From positions 1-60,567 of the IMG/VR virus record IMGVR_UViG_3300020045_010359: a stretch of 60,567 nucleotides of DNA, one strand, 5' to 3'. Below the pieces are notes generated by a model that saw nothing but the letters and a program-made list of their open reading frames with translations, ran no database searches and had not been told where the DNA came from. A program made the translations under genes and the position numbers. Position 1 is the stretch's first letter; the number at the start of each line of letters is the position of its first letter. This DNA comes from a virus (Duplodnaviria > Caudoviricetes). Below, in pieces: positions 58,564 to 60,567 of the stretch.

Positions 58564-59997
58564 TTAAGCAAAATATGTAGCAGCAACTGCTGCACCACCC
58601 AACTCGTGTTGAGAATATGTTCTTGCAGATTCAAGCCAAGCACCCAAAATAGCATTTAAACTTGTGATAGTTGCACTTTCAGATGTTGCTGTTATAACAG
58701 CTGGATTACCAGCTGTTATATTTGTTTCACCTTGTGTTACTGTTCCACAAGTAGCTGTTGCAGGAAGCAAAATATTAAGTTGTTTTGTTGATTTAGTTTG
58801 TAATGTCAATAAATCATTAACATCATAATATTCTATAATGTATGAATTATAATCTTTTGTAGGGTCAATATATTTGTAACCTTCTGAAAAATATTCACCA
58901 CGAGGTGTATTTTGCATAGTGTGTACTTGTAATTGAGCACTATTATCATTATCAATTGTCCACTTCCAACCTTGACCAAAACCTTCAGAATAAGGAACTT
59001 TTGTTTCTACTAAACCAGCAGTTCTAAAAGCAGAACCCAAATTGACTTCAGCACGAACCATTACTTGTTCAATGTTGTCAAAATAAGCACCTTTTGTATG
59101 GTCTAAACCAATAACAACTAATACATCAGCAGAAGCTGCGTTACCAGCTGTTGATAAATCAATAACTTCAATTGTAGAAGCTGGAACAATTGTAGCATTA
59201 TCTTTCATTAATTTAGCCAAAGCAGATACTAAAGAAGTATTAGCTACTAAACTTGATGTTACGTTTGTTGAAACAAAAACGTTTTTATCATTCATAAAAG
59301 GAATAGATGTACCACAAGTAATTGCACCAATTGCTGTACCAGAACCACCTGCTGCGTTAATAGCCAATGCAACAAAGGGTTGATTTCCTTTTGCGTTGCT
59401 ACCACTTATAGAAGCTGCTGCTTTACTATAATTGTTAATTTTATAAGCAACATTTTTAACAAGATGGTCAAGCGGTGAAACTGTGCCCAAAGTAGTGTAA
59501 TTAGGAGTAACAAAGCTGAATGCTCTTACATTATCATTATCGCCATAGTCTCTATCATCACGAACAGACAAAACACGAATATAACCTTTATATTCTGTGT
59601 TATTTTTAGGAGCAGCAATAGATGTATAAGCTGTTGCATTATACGTAGGCACTCTAAATTTTAAACTTGTAAAACCAATAATGTTATCTCTATTGATAAT
59701 ATCAGAACTAACAAGACCAGTTGGTCTAACTTCAAAAACATCGGCGTTAGTTAAATTACTTGATGCTGGTGTTCCTTGAACTACTTTAATAGCATTAACT
59801 TGAACAGATGTAACACCTGCTGTAACAAACGAACCTTGAGCAACAGTGCCATCAGAATCCATTGCTAAAACACCAAGTTGACCATTAGCAATATTTAAAC
59901 TTGTACCAGTAGTTGTTAATGTACCAGCAGCAAGTGCTTGATTACCAGAACCAACTAAAACTGTAACAGTTTTTCTCTTGTTTAATCTTTTTTGCAT
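58564..59997 (-). CDS. Abundant virion structural protein (crAss-like auxiliary capsid/tail protein)
   Basis: 477 aa A/T/G-rich; G.G.G motif, Y..Y.IEY, own terminator. Confidence 0.6.
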   Translation of the reverse strand: MQKRLNKRKTVTVLVGSGNQALAAGTLTTTGTSLNIANGQLGVLAMDSDGTVAQGSFVTAGVTSVQVNAIKVVQGTPASSNLTNADVFEVRPTGLVSSDIINRDNIIGFTSLKFRVPTYNATAYTSIAAPKNNTEYKGYIRVLSVRDDRDYGDNDNVRAFSFVTPNYTTLGTVSPLDHLVKNVAYKINNYSKAAASISGSNAKGNQPFVALAINAAGGSGTAIGAITCGTSIPFMNDKNVFVSTNVTSSLVANTSLVSALAKLMKDNATIVPASTIEVIDLSTAGNAASADVLVVIGLDHTKGAYFDNIEQVMVRAEVNLGSAFRTAGLVETKVPYSEGFGQGWKWTIDNDNSAQLQVHTMQNTPRGEYFSEGYKYIDPTKDYNSYIIEYYDVNDLLTLQTKSTKQLNILLPATATCGTVTQGETNITAGNPAVITATSESATITSLNAILGAWLESARTYSQHELGGAAVAATYFA

Positions 59998-60519
59998 TAA
60001 ACGATTGTATTAATTTTGTTTTTAAATAATTGTGATTTGTTAACATCGCTATATATTTCAGCTGTTATATCTACCATTATATCAACTAAAGTATCAATAT
60101 AAGAATCATTAAGTTCAACATTTACTATTGCGCTATTTGAGCTTGGAGCAGTAGTATCTCCGTTTATATATTCAATAGTGTTATATCCACCAAAGAAAGC
60201 TAATGTTGATTTTTTCATATAAGTTAAATGTAAATCATTTACTACTATGTTTTTTGGAACAGAAATTTCTAATGTGTTAGAATATATTCTGTAAGGACAT
60301 TCGCCCCAAACAACCGATGGTTGTCTAAAAAAATTATTATAATTAGATTTGTCTAAATCATCATGTTGTTCTGGACGAAGTAATAATATTTTATTTGGGG
60401 TACAAGAAGTACAATTTGCAAATGCTTTTATTAAATGTTTATAATTAACTGGTAAAACAAAATTAAATTTTTTAATTGTATATTCTGTTAAGTTTGAGGT
60501 TGTTGCAATAGATGTATTT
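59997..60519 (-). CDS. Ring/adaptor protein, 5'-partial
   Basis: Frame open upstream of 60218: FVLPVNYKHL...EQHDDL...RQPS...LTYMKK...IVDI-like ending. Confidence 0.6.
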
Positions 60520-60567
60520 ATTTTGTTTTACCAGTTAATTATAAACATTTAATAAAAGCATTTGCAA
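60416..60567. repeat. Terminal fold-back: 60520-60567 is the reverse complement of 60416-60463
   Basis: 48-bp perfect inverted match at the window end. Confidence 0.95.

Larger units (their letters stand above)
11880..60567. mobile_element. Partial crAss-like (Crassvirales-type) Bacteroidota phage genome
   Basis: Single-chain virion RNAP, giant cargo genes, muzzle/ring/IHF-like gene block, AT-rich composition, TAnnTTTG promoters. Confidence 0.85.

Noticed and set aside
1-60567. Terminal inverted repeats of a linear genome or transposon
   Set aside because: The two ends do not match each other; each copies nearby internal coding sequence.
11880-60567. Stop-codon reassignment (TAG/TGA) as in some crAss-like phages
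   Set aside because: Genes of several kb are open in the standard code and TAG/TGA end genes (e.g. RNAP ends in TAG, ligase in TGA).
1-60567. tRNA or rRNA genes
   Set aside because: No cloverleaf or rRNA-like sequence seen in the short intergenic gaps by eye; tRNAscan-SE would be needed to confirm.
5423-60567. Single hybrid phage with HK97 siphovirus head and crAss-like RNAP/tail
   Set aside because: Truncated genes and a composition break at 11366-11880 favour a chimeric contig.

Overview
The window is entirely viral but looks like a mosaic of at least four sources. (1) ~1-5370: end of an archaeal-type (Methanosarcinales-like) provirus with a tyrosine integrase, lipoprotein, tail genes, short tape measure and a frameshifting tail chaperone. 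(2) ~5370-11366: HK97-type siphovirus head/neck/tail module with Bacteroidota promoters, a KilA-N gene and a truncated Acb2/Tad1-like gene. (3) ~11367-11880: orphan gene fragment. (4) ~11880-60567: very AT-rich crAss-like (Crassvirales-type) phage with an RNA ligase, small early genes, giant cargo proteins, tail/ring proteins, lysis genes and a tail spike. Fold-back repeats at both ends and a 98-bp tandem duplication suggest amplification or assembly artefacts. Highlights: a ~3570-aa virion RNA polymerase fused to a zincin, an A1S_2505-like domain and a Dda/RecD helicase with an intein in Walker A; a head-to-tail Cys and (K/E)ELS(I/Y)S motif pattern across the giant cargo proteins; a tail spike with a signal peptide; and a kissing-loop RNA leader. 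All family calls come from motif recognition by eye, not database searches.
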